Positions 63,357 to 64,000 of a stretch of 64,000 bases of DNA are shown piece after piece. Position numbers and translations under genes: made by a program. Source of the stretch: Chrysomallon squamiferum (Eukaryota; Animalia; Mollusca); the NCBI GenBank assembly GCA_012295275.1, contig CM022676.1, forward strand, positions 7,688,001-7,752,000, read 5' to 3'. How positions within the stretch are numbered: the first letter of the stretch is position 1; every line of letters starts with the position of its first letter. The notes beneath the pieces are model-generated. The model saw only the letters and a program-made list of their open reading frames with translations. It was not told where the DNA came from and made no database searches.

Positions 63357-64000
63357 TTCATTGGCTGTAATAGAAATAGAAGGATACCGTTAATTAGTTA
63401 CCAGTTAAAACGTTGGTAGCAAAATTTGATAAATAATGAAAAAAGATAAATGATAGATATTTGTAGATATACTTAAGGAGAGAATGATAGTAAAAGCAGT
63501 GATGGTGATGATGTTTATAATAATGACATAGTAATGACGGCAATGTCAATGACGACGACGATGTTGATAATGAGGATGATGAGGATGATGACAATGATAT
63601 GAAAATAACGGGAAAAAACCCCTGGAGGAATTTTAAAAATAATAAAACTAATCTATCGATGGATGGATGTACATATGTGTCTGTATAACTGCATGTGCAG
63701 GACACTTTATCTATAATTATTAAAAACCTAAATAAATTTAATTTACCTTTGTCATCTACTTTATGGTTGCTGAAATTATAAATATCGAAAATTAATTAAC
63801 AACAGGACAAGTAGAAATACATATAGGCAATTTTAATCATAAAATAGGCTAAAATTATATAAATACAGACGTCATTAATTAATTACTAAAGGCTAAACAT
63901 TTCTCGCTTGCTGTTGACCATTAGTTTATCCAAAATCTAGCTGTTTGCTTCTGAGTAAAACAAAATCCACTATAATTTTAATTTTTGTTCACCTTTTAAC

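Noticed and set aside
61688-63705. Long hydrophobic or low-complexity ORFs (poly-I/L/V/T/S), and similar ORFs throughout the track
   Set aside because: They are translations of (ATT)n, (GTT)n, (TAG)n, (CA)n and (GA)n microsatellites.

Overview
AT-rich, microsatellite-dense eukaryotic (metazoan) DNA. A mollusc/lophotrochozoan origin is an inference from the Ig-domain style. Almost all ORFs in the supplied track are microsatellite artefacts. Reading splice sites by hand shows a tandem cluster of immunoglobulin-superfamily type I membrane receptor genes. Four paralogues lie on the + strand (A ~4.4-16.7 kb, B ~17.7-30.0 kb, C ~31-40.0 kb, D ~42.1-52.5 kb). They share the plan leader / V-like Ig / (C2/I-like Ig) / TM / two small cytoplasmic exons / an array of 99-105 nt phase-1 cassette exons. 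Most cassette exons encode one complete ITAM-type motif (YxxL-x7/8-YxxL). D (4 ITAMs) and A (7 cassettes, 5 intact ITAMs) splice into uninterrupted ORFs, while B and C carry lesions. On the - strand there is an apparently intact 3-Ig, short-tailed, tyrosine-motif-free relative (E, 59.3-54.7 kb) and a broken copy of it at the left end. The cluster also has about 15 copies of the leader exon, inverted exon relics, chimeric paralogues, a 42-43 bp minisatellite and several unclassified repeats. A probable unrelated promoter/first exon and a CTCF-like motif lie at the right end. All models are manual and have no transcript support.
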